Positions 9,758 through 18,998 of a stretch of 51,980 nucleotides of DNA are shown here, in pieces. Source of the stretch: a virus. Its lineage: Duplodnaviria; Caudoviricetes. The stretch is from IMG/VR virus record IMGVR_UViG_3300038427_000258, positions 1-51,980 of that record. One strand, given 5' to 3'. A program made the position numbers and the translations under genes. The notes beneath the pieces are model-generated. The model worked only from the letters and a program-made list of their open reading frames with translations. It did not search any database and was not told where the DNA came from. How positions within the stretch are numbered: position 1 is the first letter of the stretch; each line of letters opens with the position of its first letter.

Positions 9758-11584
9758 GTGGCCGCCGCATCCGCCGAAATAATCACTACCAAGAAGGGTA
9801 GTTTTACGAGTCATCTCCCTGCCGATTCGGGCAGTCCCGAGATGATCCGCAAGCTTGATCAGATCGACGGTGAGGGTAAGAGCGCGCGTGATGCGGTAGG
9901 CCGGAAGTGGGACTCGGATATTCGCAAGTGGCAGGGCCGCGAGCCACAGTCGCCCGCGCGCCCCGACCCTATCTTTCACGCCGACATTCTTCAGTCCGCT
10001 ATCCAGCGCAAAATCTCGCTGCTTTCTGAAGGCAAGCCCATCCTCGACATTCAGCCGCGCCGCTACGGTCTCGACGCGACCGGCATCATCTTGAAGGCCG
10101 CGACCAAGGGCGTGTGGGATCAACAACAGTTTCCCGTGGCGCTGGAAATGCTCCTCACGCTTTCGGGCATTTTCGGTTGTGGCGGTTTCCGCACGCGCTG
10201 GGACCCGTCTTACGCCTACGGTTTCGGAGAAATTACGCTGATGGCGTGGGACCCGCGCAATCTCGCGATCGATCCCGCCGTCATCAACGCATCCGACATC
10301 AATTCAGGCCAGTATGTGCGGTGCGATTCCGTGGTGCCCACTGGCCTCTTGCAACGAAAGTATCCGGGCAAGGCGGAGCATCTAACCGGCGACACGCGGG
10401 TGAAGCCTTCGGAGCCGGAGGCGCGCAATAAGTCGGGTATCTGGAACATCCGCAACATCTTTCGGGGCGCGAGTGACAAGGTAAAGGATGCGGTGCCGCG
10501 CTCGTCGCTGCGCGAGTACTTTCTGTTCGACCCCGCTATGACTGACGACGGCCTGCCAAAATACCCTAACGGGAGGTATCTGCTCCGTGCTGAAGATGAC
10601 GTCATCCTCAATGACGGTGAGGACGAGGACCAGAATCCGTACTTTGACGGACTTTGCGATCTTGATTTGTTCGATAATCATCCTGACCCAGATCATCCTT
10701 GGGGGCGTTCTGAAATTGAAGCTCTTCAATTTCTTGGGAACGCCTTCAATCGTAGCGGCAATTTGCTTATCAAGTCTTTTATCCGGAATGGCTATCCTTG
10801 GATTGTTGCGGATCGTGGCGCATTGGATGCGGATACTATTCAGGCTCTTCGCGACGCGGAGCAGATGGTCCTCGAAAAAGGCGGCGGACGCGATGTGACC
10901 CGCACGGCGGGTCCGCTGCTCGAACAGGCCATTCCGCTGATGCAGCTCATCCAGCAGGTTATTTTCCAGCAGGCCGGTCTCACCGATCCCGGCATGGAGG
11001 GGCGCGGTCGCGTGGAATTGCGCAGTGGCACGCAACTCGAAGGCTTGCAGGATGCCGCGCAGCTCATCGTGAAGGCGCAGGCGCGCCGCCTCGAAGAATT
11101 GCTTGAGCGCGTCGGCCAGAAAATCATCTCGCGTATCTTCCAGTTCTACGACGATGACCGCATGCTGACTTACTACGGCGGTGGAATGGAGTTTCTGAAG
11201 TATCGCTTCGAGCGGCAGAAGCTTCTTTCGGAAATCATCGCGCTGGGGGTCAAACGCGCGGTTGAGGAAAACGAAAAGAAGGACGAGGCGCTGGGCGAGG
11301 AACATCTCGCGGACGCGATTCTGTTCAGCATCAAAGGTGCATGGAAGGATTTCTCTTTTCGCATAGTGCCATATAGCTCGCTCTCGACCACGCGGCAGCA
11401 GCGCGCGGCGCTCAAAGGGGCGCTCGTGCAGCAGCACATATTGCCTCCGTCAGAAGTGCTTCGCGAGGCCGGCTACGACAATCCCAATGAGAAATTCCAA
11501 GAGGCTGCGGCTGAGTTCAAGGAACTGATGGCGTTGGGTCTGATGCCGCCGCCGGAAGAACAAAAGAAGGGCAAGAAAAAATGA
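9758..11584 (+). CDS. Portal protein (P22/SU10-like)
   Basis: 608 aa after TerL; WDPRNLAIDP, WGRSEIE and SGTQLEGLQ motifs; helical C-terminus. Confidence 0.88.
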   Translation: MAAASAEIITTKKGSFTSHLPADSGSPEMIRKLDQIDGEGKSARDAVGRKWDSDIRKWQGREPQSPARPDPIFHADILQSAIQRKISLLSEGKPILDIQPRRYGLDATGIILKAATKGVWDQQQFPVALEMLLTLSGIFGCGGFRTRWDPSYAYGFGEITLMAWDPRNLAIDPAVINASDINSGQYVRCDSVVPTGLLQRKYPGKAEHLTGDTRVKPSEPEARNKSGIWNIRNIFRGASDKVKDAVPRSSLREYFLFDPAMTDDGLPKYPNGRYLLRAEDDVILNDGEDEDQNPYFDGLCDLDLFDNHPDPDHPWGRSEIEALQFLGNAFNRSGNLLIKSFIRNGYPWIVADRGALDADTIQALRDAEQMVLEKGGGRDVTRTAGPLLEQAIPLMQLIQQVIFQQAGLTDPGMEGRGRVELRSGTQLEGLQDAAQLIVKAQARRLEELLERVGQKIISRIFQFYDDDRMLTYYGGGMEFLKYRFERQKLLSEIIALGVKRAVEENEKKDEALGEEHLADAILFSIKGAWKDFSFRIVPYSSLSTTRQQRAALKGALVQQHILPPSEVLREAGYDNPNEKFQEAAAEFKELMALGLMPPPEEQKKGKKK

Positions 11585-11850
11585 CTCTTACCGTAATTTG
11601 CGATAAGGAAAATGGCTTGAAACAAGCTGCGTTACTTGCCACTTCGCTCGCGGCGTCGCGGCAAATTCAGGGATGGAATCTTAGTCACGCGACAGCAGGC
11701 ATCGATCTCTATCTCTACAACGCGCGGGCCGATGTAGTGAAAGAGAAGGGCGGTTACGATACCTATCGCGACGATATCTTGCGGGGCTTCACGGCGCTCG
11801 GATACAAGGAGTGGAAGCCCGAACCTGAAGTCGAGGAGAAAAAGGAGTAA
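11581..11850 (+). CDS. Hypothetical protein
   Basis: ATGA overlap with the portal. Confidence 0.7.
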   Translation: MTLTVICDKENGLKQAALLATSLAASRQIQGWNLSHATAGIDLYLYNARADVVKEKGGYDTYRDDILRGFTALGYKEWKPEPEVEEKKE

Positions 11851-11853
11851 ATC

Positions 11854-12270
11854 GTGGCTGGCTTTCCAATCGGTCAGATTCAAGGCGCGATGCCGCCGCC
11901 GCAGCAGGGCGCCCCGCCCGCGATGCCGCCGCGTCCCGCGCCCAAACCCCAAGGTCCGATGTCGGGCATGTTCCTGCTGCTCTCGTTTCTCGCGGGAGCC
12001 GGACTCGACAAGGCGACCAATTCGGTCAGCAAGCTCCTGAAGTTGGGGCAGCCGGGGACGGCGGACCCCAATCGCGCGCATCACGGGGGCGTGAGGCTGG
12101 ACGCGGCGCGCAATCCCGGCATGACGATCGCGCCGCAAATGGCATCCATGCTCGCGGCCAAATCAGCGCAGCAGCCGAGCGGGAGTGACGATCTGGTCGC
12201 GCTGCTCGCGAAGGCGCTTCAAATGCAGGTAGGTCCGGGCGGGGGAGGTCCAATTGGAACCATTGGCTAA
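11854..12270 (+). CDS. Pro/Gly/Gln-rich head-module protein
   Basis: AAGGAG SD, GTG start; low-complexity protein in the usual post-portal slot. Confidence 0.75.
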   Translation: MAGFPIGQIQGAMPPPQQGAPPAMPPRPAPKPQGPMSGMFLLLSFLAGAGLDKATNSVSKLLKLGQPGTADPNRAHHGGVRLDAARNPGMTIAPQMASMLAAKSAQQPSGSDDLVALLAKALQMQVGPGGGGPIGTIG

Positions 12271-12472
12271 TCGGTTGACCAATCGGCAGCAGGCCCAGTC
12301 GGACTTGCTTTTTCGCCGCGTGTGCGAACTGTCCGGTGTGTTTCCCTCCCGCAATAATTACCGCAAATGGAAGTACCAGCGCGGGCGCGCGTGGGAGTAT
12401 TTCATCGCACATCGAATGCTCTGCGTGAGCACATCGCTTGACAACAAGGCACCAAATCCTATAAGCGCTTGA
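12254..12472 (+). CDS. Small basic protein, possible regulator
   Basis: GGAGG SD, TTG start; its 3' end contains a promoter. Confidence 0.5.
   Translation: MEPLANRLTNRQQAQSDLLFRRVCELSGVFPSRNNYRKWKYQRGRAWEYFIAHRMLCVSTSLDNKAPNPISA
12438..12465 (+). promoter_or_regulatory. Sigma70-like promoter for the capsid operon
   Basis: TTGACA-16 bp-TATAAG. Confidence 0.6.
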
Positions 12473-12499
12473 ATTAACTATCTCGCAGGGATGAGCGTG

Positions 12500-12538
12500 A
12501 GGCCCCCATCGGCACAGCCGGTCGGGGCCTTTTCTTTT
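12500..12538 (+). terminator. Intrinsic terminator/attenuator just downstream of the promoter
   Basis: AGGCCCC-ATCGGC-aca-GCCGGT-GGGGCCT stem followed by TTTCTTTT. Confidence 0.7.
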
Positions 12539-12551
12539 GGAGAAAAACGAT

Positions 12552-12689
12552 ATGGCACTTAAGCGATCCATTGTTCCTGGGGTGAAGCAGGGACACACGC
12601 GCATCATGGGCGGCGGCACGCGTTCGCCCGTCATCGGTCGCATCAAGAAGCGCGACATGGGCAGCGGCAAGTCGCGGAGGAGCCGCTGA
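12552..12689 (+). CDS. 45-aa basic microprotein (MALKRSIVPGVKQG...KSRRSR)
   Basis: GGAG SD; TGATG overlap with the scaffold gene; missing from the ORF track. Confidence 0.75.
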   Translation: MALKRSIVPGVKQGHTRIMGGGTRSPVIGRIKKRDMGSGKSRRSR

Positions 12690-13594
12690 TGCAAAGCTAC
12701 GCCGAGGCCAAGCGCCTGTTCCTTCTCGCGCACCCGCCATCGGGCGGAGTCGATCCCGACAAGAAGCCCGATCCCCCCGCTTTCAAACTGCCCGACGAGT
12801 TAGCGGGCAAGCCTCCCGAAGAGGTCGCCCGCTACTACACCGACAAATACAAGGACTACGACGACATCAAGACCCGCGCTGGCGAGGTCGAGTCGTGGAG
12901 CAAGTTTGGTAAGCGGGAAGAAGTCGAACAGCGCATGAAGACCTTCGAGAACGTGACCGCCGCGCTCAAGCAGGGCAAGGTCATCGTCGCGGACGAGAAG
13001 GGCATGCTGTACGCGCGTGACATCAAAGATTTGACGCCCGCCGAGAAAAAACAGGTGCGGGAGCAGGGCGCGGATGCCGGGACCGGCGCGTCCGACTGGC
13101 TTGATGGTTACGACGATCTTGCGCCGCGCGAGCAGGCCAGCCGCATGGAAAAACGAGTGCGCGGCATCATCGACGAGATCGTTGCGGCTAAGGAAAAGAC
13201 TTACGGCGAGGCGATTCAGGGCGCGCAGGGCACGTCCACCAACATGATCAACACTGTGTTGGAAATTCAGGCGGCGCTTCAGGAAAACCCCTCGCTCAAG
13301 CTTCGCGACATTCTCCCGAAGATGGCGACCTACGCAGCTCAGGGCCACAACAATCCGCTGAAGGCTGCGCTCGATGAGTTCCTCACGCCCGCGCAAATCG
13401 AGGTGAAAGCCGAGAAGCGCGCCGCCGAAATCATCGCAGATCACAAACTCAAGGCCGAGAAAGAAAAGGCGGAGAAGATTTTGCCGACCGGCTCGCCGCT
13501 CGCGCGCATGATGCGGGGCGGGAAGCGTGACAGCGGGCGTGTCACCACGGATCAGATCATCTCGGGACTGCGAGAGAAAGGACTACTCAATTAG
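12689..13594 (+). CDS. Putative capsid scaffolding protein
   Basis: Charged helical protein immediately upstream of the major capsid gene. Confidence 0.75.
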   Translation: MQSYAEAKRLFLLAHPPSGGVDPDKKPDPPAFKLPDELAGKPPEEVARYYTDKYKDYDDIKTRAGEVESWSKFGKREEVEQRMKTFENVTAALKQGKVIVADEKGMLYARDIKDLTPAEKKQVREQGADAGTGASDWLDGYDDLAPREQASRMEKRVRGIIDEIVAAKEKTYGEAIQGAQGTSTNMINTVLEIQAALQENPSLKLRDILPKMATYAAQGHNNPLKAALDEFLTPAQIEVKAEKRAAEIIADHKLKAEKEKAEKILPTGSPLARMMRGGKRDSGRVTTDQIISGLREKGLLN

Positions 13595-13603
13595 GAGATC
13601 ACG

Positions 13604-14611
13604 ATGAGTCTACCTTCCGAAACCGTACTCCTTTCGAATATCGCAGTGTCCGTCTGGCAGTCGAAACTCAGAGACTTCGTAACGGACGATTTTTTCGGAG
13701 TTATTCCATTATTCGAGAAGCTCTATCTCAATGATGGTGGCGAGGGCACAGTCATCCGGTTCGAGGGCGGACGCGAAATCGCATCGACCATCCTGTATAA
13801 CGCGCCGGTCACCGAGTCCTATGGACCAGGCGCGACCGCCGACACCTCGATCGTGCAAATCGTTACCGACCTGATTTTTCAGTGGAAGCAGGTCTGGACA
13901 CCCATCAATCTCGATGGCCTCTCGCTCGCCAAGTTGGCTGGTGGCCCCGAAACCAAGTTGATCGACTATGTCGAGAAACTCGGCGAGGCGGCTTTCCAGT
14001 CGCACGCGACCAAGCTCGACGTAATGATTCAGGGTGACGGCACCGGCAACAGCTCGCTGGATTGGGACGGCCTGCTCGAAGCGATCAATACTTCGTCGAA
14101 CTATTCGACTTACGGTGGCATCACGCGATCCTCGACGGCGGGCGACCCCGGCAACGCGATCAACGGCTATTTGAATGCGACCGGCGGCCCGATGAGCAAG
14201 GCCATTCTGGAAGCCGCTTACGTGCAGACCGCCTTCAACAAATACATGGTGGATCTCATCGTCACCACACGCACGCTGTTCGGCAAATTGTGGGACCACG
14301 TCGAAGGCGCGGATCGCAACGCATCCGGCCCGCTGCGCGACGTGGGCTTCCAGACCATCCGGTTCAATGGCGCCGAAGTGGTGTACGACGACAACGTAAC
14401 CGCTGGAACGGTCTGGGGCTTGAATACGAAGATGCTTCAGATGTGGTTCCTGTCGGGCAATGCGTTCACGCGGCGCTCGACTCAGTACGGGTTCACCGAC
14501 ACGGGCTTCCCGGTCGCGAACCAAGACATGACATTGGACCAGATGATTAGCTACGGCAACTTCATCTGCGTTGGACCGAGGTATAATTTTCAGCTCCAGA
14601 ACGTGACCTGA
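13604..14611 (+). CDS. Major capsid protein (HK97 fold)
   Basis: AGGAG SD; 335 aa; GGREI..ILY, FQWKQ, GDGTGN..GL, YGGITRS and GFQTIRFNG.VVYD motifs. Confidence 0.9.
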   Translation: MSLPSETVLLSNIAVSVWQSKLRDFVTDDFFGVIPLFEKLYLNDGGEGTVIRFEGGREIASTILYNAPVTESYGPGATADTSIVQIVTDLIFQWKQVWTPINLDGLSLAKLAGGPETKLIDYVEKLGEAAFQSHATKLDVMIQGDGTGNSSLDWDGLLEAINTSSNYSTYGGITRSSTAGDPGNAINGYLNATGGPMSKAILEAAYVQTAFNKYMVDLIVTTRTLFGKLWDHVEGADRNASGPLRDVGFQTIRFNGAEVVYDDNVTAGTVWGLNTKMLQMWFLSGNAFTRRSTQYGFTDTGFPVANQDMTLDQMISYGNFICVGPRYNFQLQNVT

Positions 14612-14627
14612 CGAGAAGGGATAACCA

Positions 14628-15335
14628 ATGAAGTCAAGGACATATCTATTTGGACCGTTGATTGGCGCTCTCGCTTTGGTCGCGCTCTCGGTTGCCGCCG
14701 TTTACGCAGCGGTGCCGTGGCCGTCTGGCGCGAGCATCCCCAGCAACGTGCAGAACGTGACCGGCTCGACGCCATCACCCGCCGCATTTCCGACCAGCAC
14801 CAACGTACCCGGTGTCATCATCGATTTGATGACTGGCAACACCACGATGGGCGCGCTGACGGGCGGCATTACGGGCAACTATGAGACATTGATCATCGAG
14901 CAGGACGGGAGCGGTAGCCGCACCTTCACGGGGCCATCGACCTTGAAAGGAATGCCGAGCACCATTCCGACTGCGGCAAATTCCTACACCGTCTGCAAAC
15001 TGTACTACGACGGGACCAATTACAACGTCACGCCGACCGGAGTGTGCTTCGACAATCTGCCGCTGACCAATCTCTATGCCAACGTGCAGAGTTCGGCGGG
15101 CACCGTCATCGCGCCGGGTGCGACGCAGGCACAGACTACGCTGTCGGTTCCGGGGGCGAACGCGAATACGCCCTGCTCCTGCACGCCGCAGACCTATCCG
15201 GCGACTTGGCAGGTTGGCATCGCGACGCAGTGCGTGCCCGGCACCAACACGGTTATCTGTCAGGTGGTGAACGGCGATCCGACCAACACTCATACGCCGA
15301 CCGCCATCTCGCTATCGGTGAGGCTATATCCGTAA
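14628..15335 (+). CDS. Signal-peptide protein with a fibre-type domain (6 Cys), possible head fibre/decoration
   Basis: MKSRTYLFGPLIGALALVALSVAAVYA|A; LIIEQDGSGSRT...LYYDGTNY motif common in phage fibres; directly after the capsid gene. Confidence 0.75.
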   Translation: MKSRTYLFGPLIGALALVALSVAAVYAAVPWPSGASIPSNVQNVTGSTPSPAAFPTSTNVPGVIIDLMTGNTTMGALTGGITGNYETLIIEQDGSGSRTFTGPSTLKGMPSTIPTAANSYTVCKLYYDGTNYNVTPTGVCFDNLPLTNLYANVQSSAGTVIAPGATQAQTTLSVPGANANTPCSCTPQTYPATWQVGIATQCVPGTNTVICQVVNGDPTNTHTPTAISLSVRLYP

Positions 15336-15601
15336 TGCGGCGGCTCACTTCAATCGGCATCGTGCTTGCCCTGGGGCTGGCTCTCGGAGTCAGCGCGTGG
15401 CAGCTATCCAGCCGTGCGGAAGTGCGCGAGGCGAAGATTCCGCGCTACGGCCTGCACATGGAGAAGATGTCGGCGGATTGCAAGCGGTCGTTCGAGGAAA
15501 TGAGCGGCGGCCATCAGGAATTTCAAATGGACATCCCCTCGTATGAACGCTTCATCAGGCGTCTTAACGAGTGCGGCGGAAAACTGGAAGCGGAGAAATA
15601 A
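15335..15601 (+). CDS. Small exported or membrane-anchored protein (2 Cys)
   Basis: TAATG overlap; MRRLTSIGIVLALGLALGVSAW signal/TM segment. Confidence 0.7.
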   Translation: MRRLTSIGIVLALGLALGVSAWQLSSRAEVREAKIPRYGLHMEKMSADCKRSFEEMSGGHQEFQMDIPSYERFIRRLNECGGKLEAEK

Positions 15602-15613
15602 CGAGGAAAAGAC

Positions 15614-15913
15614 ATGGCTATAACTGTCACGTTCACCGGAAAGTCTCCCGCAGTCGCCGCGCTGGTGTACGACATCGATGGACTCGTCAACGGGGTGAAC
15701 GCCATCACGCTTCCGATTCCTCCGGCCTACGGCAGCGTCGATCCCGATAGCGCCAGTTGGAAGCCGACCAGCATCAAGTGCTTCCCGCACGCGGCGGGAG
15801 TCATCGGCGCGCTGGTGACACCGGACCTGTCATCGATCACCTATTCAAGCGGAACGGTCACTTTCAACCTGTACGCCGCGGGCGCAACCGAGTGCCTGGT
15901 AGAGGTCCAGTAA
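15614..15913 (+). CDS. Small beta-rich virion protein
   Basis: GAGGA SD; MAITVTF start; head module. Confidence 0.7.
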   Translation: MAITVTFTGKSPAVAALVYDIDGLVNGVNAITLPIPPAYGSVDPDSASWKPTSIKCFPHAAGVIGALVTPDLSSITYSSGTVTFNLYAAGATECLVEVQ

Positions 15914-15914
15914 G

Positions 15915-16274
15915 ATGGGCTCTGTCACGATCACATCGCCGGCCTACGGCCCGATCCCCCAGAACCTCGGCCAGAAATACATGGTTTTCGGGTATGACGT
16001 AACGCTGTCGAACAGCTACGCGGCTGGTGGCGACACCATCACGCCGCAGCAAATCGGATTCGGCTCGGTCATCGACGCGATGATCGTGATGACCGGCAAG
16101 TCGCCGCAGACGACCTTCTGGCTGTACTTGCTCAATGTGGCGAACGCGCCGACTTATACGATTCAGGCGTTCACGGCTGCGTCTAGTACGGGAGGCGCGG
16201 ACGCTCTCGTGGAGGTGACGGCATCGACCGATCTGTCGGGAGTCACGTTCGCGGCAGCGTTCATAGGTGTCTGA
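15915..16274 (+). CDS. Probable head decoration protein
   Basis: SYAAGGD...EV.ASTDLS.VTF...IG pattern common in post-capsid genes. Confidence 0.7.
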   Translation: MGSVTITSPAYGPIPQNLGQKYMVFGYDVTLSNSYAAGGDTITPQQIGFGSVIDAMIVMTGKSPQTTFWLYLLNVANAPTYTIQAFTAASSTGGADALVEVTASTDLSGVTFAAAFIGV

Positions 16275-16528
16275 TGGCGCGAAAGGCGACAGCGGCGGTT
16301 CCCGACTTCGAGGCGATCCAGACGCCGACGACCGATCGCCCGATTGAAGGTACGAAGTGGGAGCAGGATCACTACAAGGAAGTTGCCGACACGCGGATAC
16401 TGGGTCCGTGGTCGCGGAACAAGAATCGCCGCAATCTGGTAACGGGGCGGTTCACGAAGGCGAGAGCGGTAGGGAAGCATAAACTGGAACGGTCAATTCC
16501 TCGGCTACGTTCGAGGAAGATGCGCTAA
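16274..16528 (+). CDS. Basic hypothetical protein
   Basis: TGATG overlap; Arg/Lys-rich C-terminal half. Confidence 0.7.
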   Translation: MARKATAAVPDFEAIQTPTTDRPIEGTKWEQDHYKEVADTRILGPWSRNKNRRNLVTGRFTKARAVGKHKLERSIPRLRSRKMR

Positions 16529-16548
16529 ATCCAAGAAAGGAGGTATAT

Positions 16549-16641
16549 GTGCGCAAATACACCAAGAAGCGGCAACTCAAAAAGCGACGGATTGCGCATC
16601 GAATGGTGCGGCATCGCAGTCGCAAACGCGCGATGGTGTAG
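16549..16641 (+). CDS. 30-aa protamine-like microprotein (MRKYTKKRQLKKRRIAHRMVRHRSRKRAMV)
   Basis: Perfect AAGGAGGT SD, GTG start; missing from the ORF track. Confidence 0.7.
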   Translation: MRKYTKKRQLKKRRIAHRMVRHRSRKRAMV

Positions 16642-16706
16642 GGCGTAAACGAGGCTAGAGGTTCGATTCTAAACCGAGGGGGCTCACCCTCAAAAGGAGA
16701 AAAGTC

Positions 16707-16793
16707 ATGCGTAAAGGCAGAAAGAAGATGAAGATGGCTAAGGGTCATCACATCCGTCATCATAGCCGCAAGCGCTCGCGCAAGCTGGCGTAG
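16707..16793 (+). CDS. 28-aa protamine-like microprotein (MRKGRKKMKMAKGHHIRHHSRKRSRKLA)
   Basis: AAGGAG SD, ATG start; missing from the ORF track. Confidence 0.75.
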   Translation: MRKGRKKMKMAKGHHIRHHSRKRSRKLA

Positions 16794-16820
16794 CGGTCTC
16801 ATTGACAACGAACCCAAGGA

Positions 16821-16849
16821 GCGGGGAGCACAGTCTGCTCCCCGTTTTT
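16821..16849 (+). terminator. Intrinsic terminator closing the capsid transcript
   Basis: CGGGGAGCA-cagtc-TGCTCCCCG followed by TTTTT. Confidence 0.8.
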
Positions 16850-16852
16850 GGT

Positions 16853-17152
16853 ATGTGGCGGAAACGCATCGAGGCTAAACTCGACCAGCTCATCGCTCAA
16901 GGAGCAAAAGAAATGTCAGCACTCAGTGATCTTCAAGCGGCAGTAAGCGGGGCAGTGACCGAAATCAACGCGGCCATTACCCTTTTGCAAGGTTTCCAGA
17001 ACGGCACCGTGAATGCGGACGATCCGCAGGTCGAGGCGCAAGTTACCGCGCTCAACACCGCCGTAGCGGCCCTTACGGCTGTTGTCAGTCCGCCGCCCAT
17101 TCCAACACCGACCCCCACCCCGACGCCCGCGAGCGCAACCAAGGCGTCGTAA
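16853..17152 (+). CDS. Coiled-coil protein with a PT-repeat tail (alternative start 16913)
   Basis: IEAKLDQL...MSALSDLQAAV heptads; AAGGAG SD before 16913. Confidence 0.7.
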   Translation: MWRKRIEAKLDQLIAQGAKEMSALSDLQAAVSGAVTEINAAITLLQGFQNGTVNADDPQVEAQVTALNTAVAALTAVVSPPPIPTPTPTPTPASATKAS

Positions 17153-17154
17153 AC

Positions 17155-17361
17155 ATGGCTCGGAAGCGGAAATGGATGCAGGATGCGGTGAAGCATCCGG
17201 GCGCTCTCCATCGGGAGCTTCACGTAAAACCCGGCGAAAAAATTCCCGCGCGCAAGCTCGCCAAGGCCGCGCACTCGAAGAATCCGAAGCTGCGGCGGCG
17301 CGCGACGCTCGCGCGGACGTTCAAGAAGTTCGGCCATAAGCGCAAGAGGAAGATGGCCTGA
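17155..17361 (+). CDS. Basic phage protein ([10 protein letters not shown]...GEKIP..KL family)
   Basis: Recognisable widespread small basic phage family. Confidence 0.8.
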   Translation: MARKRKWMQDAVKHPGALHRELHVKPGEKIPARKLAKAAHSKNPKLRRRATLARTFKKFGHKRKRKMA

Positions 17362-17627
17362 TGCCGCTTCGTAAGGGCAAATCGCGCGCGGTCATCGGCG
17401 AGAACATTCGCGAGATGGAAGAGTCCGGTCATCCGCCTAAGCAGGCGATAGCCGCCGCGCTCAACAACGCGCGTAAAGGAAAGAGGCGCAAGATGAAACA
17501 TCGCAGCGTACATCATCACGGCGGCGCGGCGGGCAAGAACCGCGCGATGCTGCACACGGAGAATAATCAGGGTCGCGGACTGAAGCGGCGCCATGTCGGA
17601 AAGAAGTATCGTCGCAAGATGGCGTAG
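17361..17627 (+). CDS. Basic phage protein (MPLxKGKS...NIRE...KQAxAxAL family)
   Basis: Recognisable motif; TGATG overlap. Confidence 0.8.
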   Translation: MPLRKGKSRAVIGENIREMEESGHPPKQAIAAALNNARKGKRRKMKHRSVHHHGGAAGKNRAMLHTENNQGRGLKRRHVGKKYRRKMA

Positions 17628-17630
17628 CAA

Positions 17631-18110
17631 ATGGCAAATATCACCGACCTCTATGCGCAGGGCAACAAGGTCATCTCGACTGACTCTGCGGCTGGTTCGA
17701 GCCAGACCGATTCGGCCACTTCGCTGGCCGACTACCTGATCGTCACGCCATCGGGATCGGGCAATTCCGCGATTCCGGGCGAGGCGTTGCTTTACGGCAT
17801 CGACGGACAGAATACCAGCGCGACCGAGAAGTGGCTGTTTGTGTTCGACTTCGCATCGTCGGCTGCGCTGGCGATACCGGCCAATGGCAGCACGCCCATC
17901 GCAGGCGCGAAGCTGATCCACGTTCTCGACTTGCCGCCGGTGACCACGAACAAAGGTCAATTCGGGTATCAGGGCATCACGGCGGGCGAGGGGTTTCTGA
18001 GCGGTATCTGTCTGGTGGTGAGCACGACGGGACCGGGGACGCTGACCGTGGATACGGCCAAGACGACATTCATGTGCTGCCAGTACGGAGCGACGTTCGC
18101 GGGATACTGA
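17631..18110 (+). CDS. Beta-sandwich virion protein
   Basis: FVFD...P.NG..P...G..F..GI.LV.STT pattern seen in structural modules. Confidence 0.7.
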   Translation: MANITDLYAQGNKVISTDSAAGSSQTDSATSLADYLIVTPSGSGNSAIPGEALLYGIDGQNTSATEKWLFVFDFASSAALAIPANGSTPIAGAKLIHVLDLPPVTTNKGQFGYQGITAGEGFLSGICLVVSTTGPGTLTVDTAKTTFMCCQYGATFAGY

Positions 18111-18111
18111 A

Positions 18112-18990
18112 ATGCCTTTGACCTACGGACAGATGATTTCCGATTTGCAATTAGTCGGCATGGCTACGTTAATCAACACGGATTTTGGATCGCTCTTGAA
18201 CCGAGCGCAGTCGGAAGAGGTGGAGGACTATCCGTGGACCTTTCGCCTGACCAATTCAGTGCTCTATACCGTAGCTCCATATTCGACGGGGGCGATTACT
18301 TGCACGCCCGGCAGCTCGATCGTCACTGGAATCGGCACAGCATGGACCTCAGCGTTTAATGGTTTTCAGCTTCGCTTCGGCAATTCAGGGCCGACGTTAT
18401 TCGTCGCAACGGTGAGTAGCGCTACAAGCCTGACGCTAGCGCAGCCTTACCTCGGTGTTCCGCAAACCGCGATCAACTACACACTTCAGCAGTCGTTCTA
18501 TCCAATTCCAAATGCGAGCGAAGTTACCGCAGTCAGGAATACGGTGCTGCTTGAAAAGACCAGCCGCGAGACGATCAATTTGGAAGACCCGCAACGACTC
18601 TCGGTCGGTGGTAATCCCTGTCTGGCGTGGGCATCCGCGCCTTACCTGAACGGTGTGCTGCAAATCGAGATGTGGCCCGTGTCGTCGGCGGCTGTACCCT
18701 ACGTCGTAGAATATCGCGCGCAAGCCATCCCGATGGTGAACCCGACCGACATGCCTCAAGTCGCCTCGGCGGTGCTCGAAGCCAAAGCAATGATGTACGC
18801 AGCTCAAGCGTCGTATGCGTCGAATGCAGGTCCGCAATGGCTTGCTCTCGCGCAAACGTGGGAAAAGCGCTACACGGAGGAGCGCGAGAAAGCCGAATAC
18901 GCAGACCGCAAGCGGGCGCTGACCCAAAAGGCGCACGATCCGTCGCCTTTCTACGGTCTCGATGTCTTGCCTTCACATGATCCGTACTGA
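18112..18990 (+). CDS. Head-tail adaptor (P22 gp4-like) with inserted beta domain
   Basis: LLNRAQ..E..YPW.F; IEMWPV; inserted TGAITCT..SSIVTG.GTAW module; synteny. Confidence 0.75.
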   Translation: MPLTYGQMISDLQLVGMATLINTDFGSLLNRAQSEEVEDYPWTFRLTNSVLYTVAPYSTGAITCTPGSSIVTGIGTAWTSAFNGFQLRFGNSGPTLFVATVSSATSLTLAQPYLGVPQTAINYTLQQSFYPIPNASEVTAVRNTVLLEKTSRETINLEDPQRLSVGGNPCLAWASAPYLNGVLQIEMWPVSSAAVPYVVEYRAQAIPMVNPTDMPQVASAVLEAKAMMYAAQASYASNAGPQWLALAQTWEKRYTEEREKAEYADRKRALTQKAHDPSPFYGLDVLPSHDPY

Positions 18991-18998
18991 GGTGGACG

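Noticed and set aside
16642-16700. GGTTCGATTC as a tRNA gene
   Set aside because: No paired T-stem or cloverleaf; only short local hairpins
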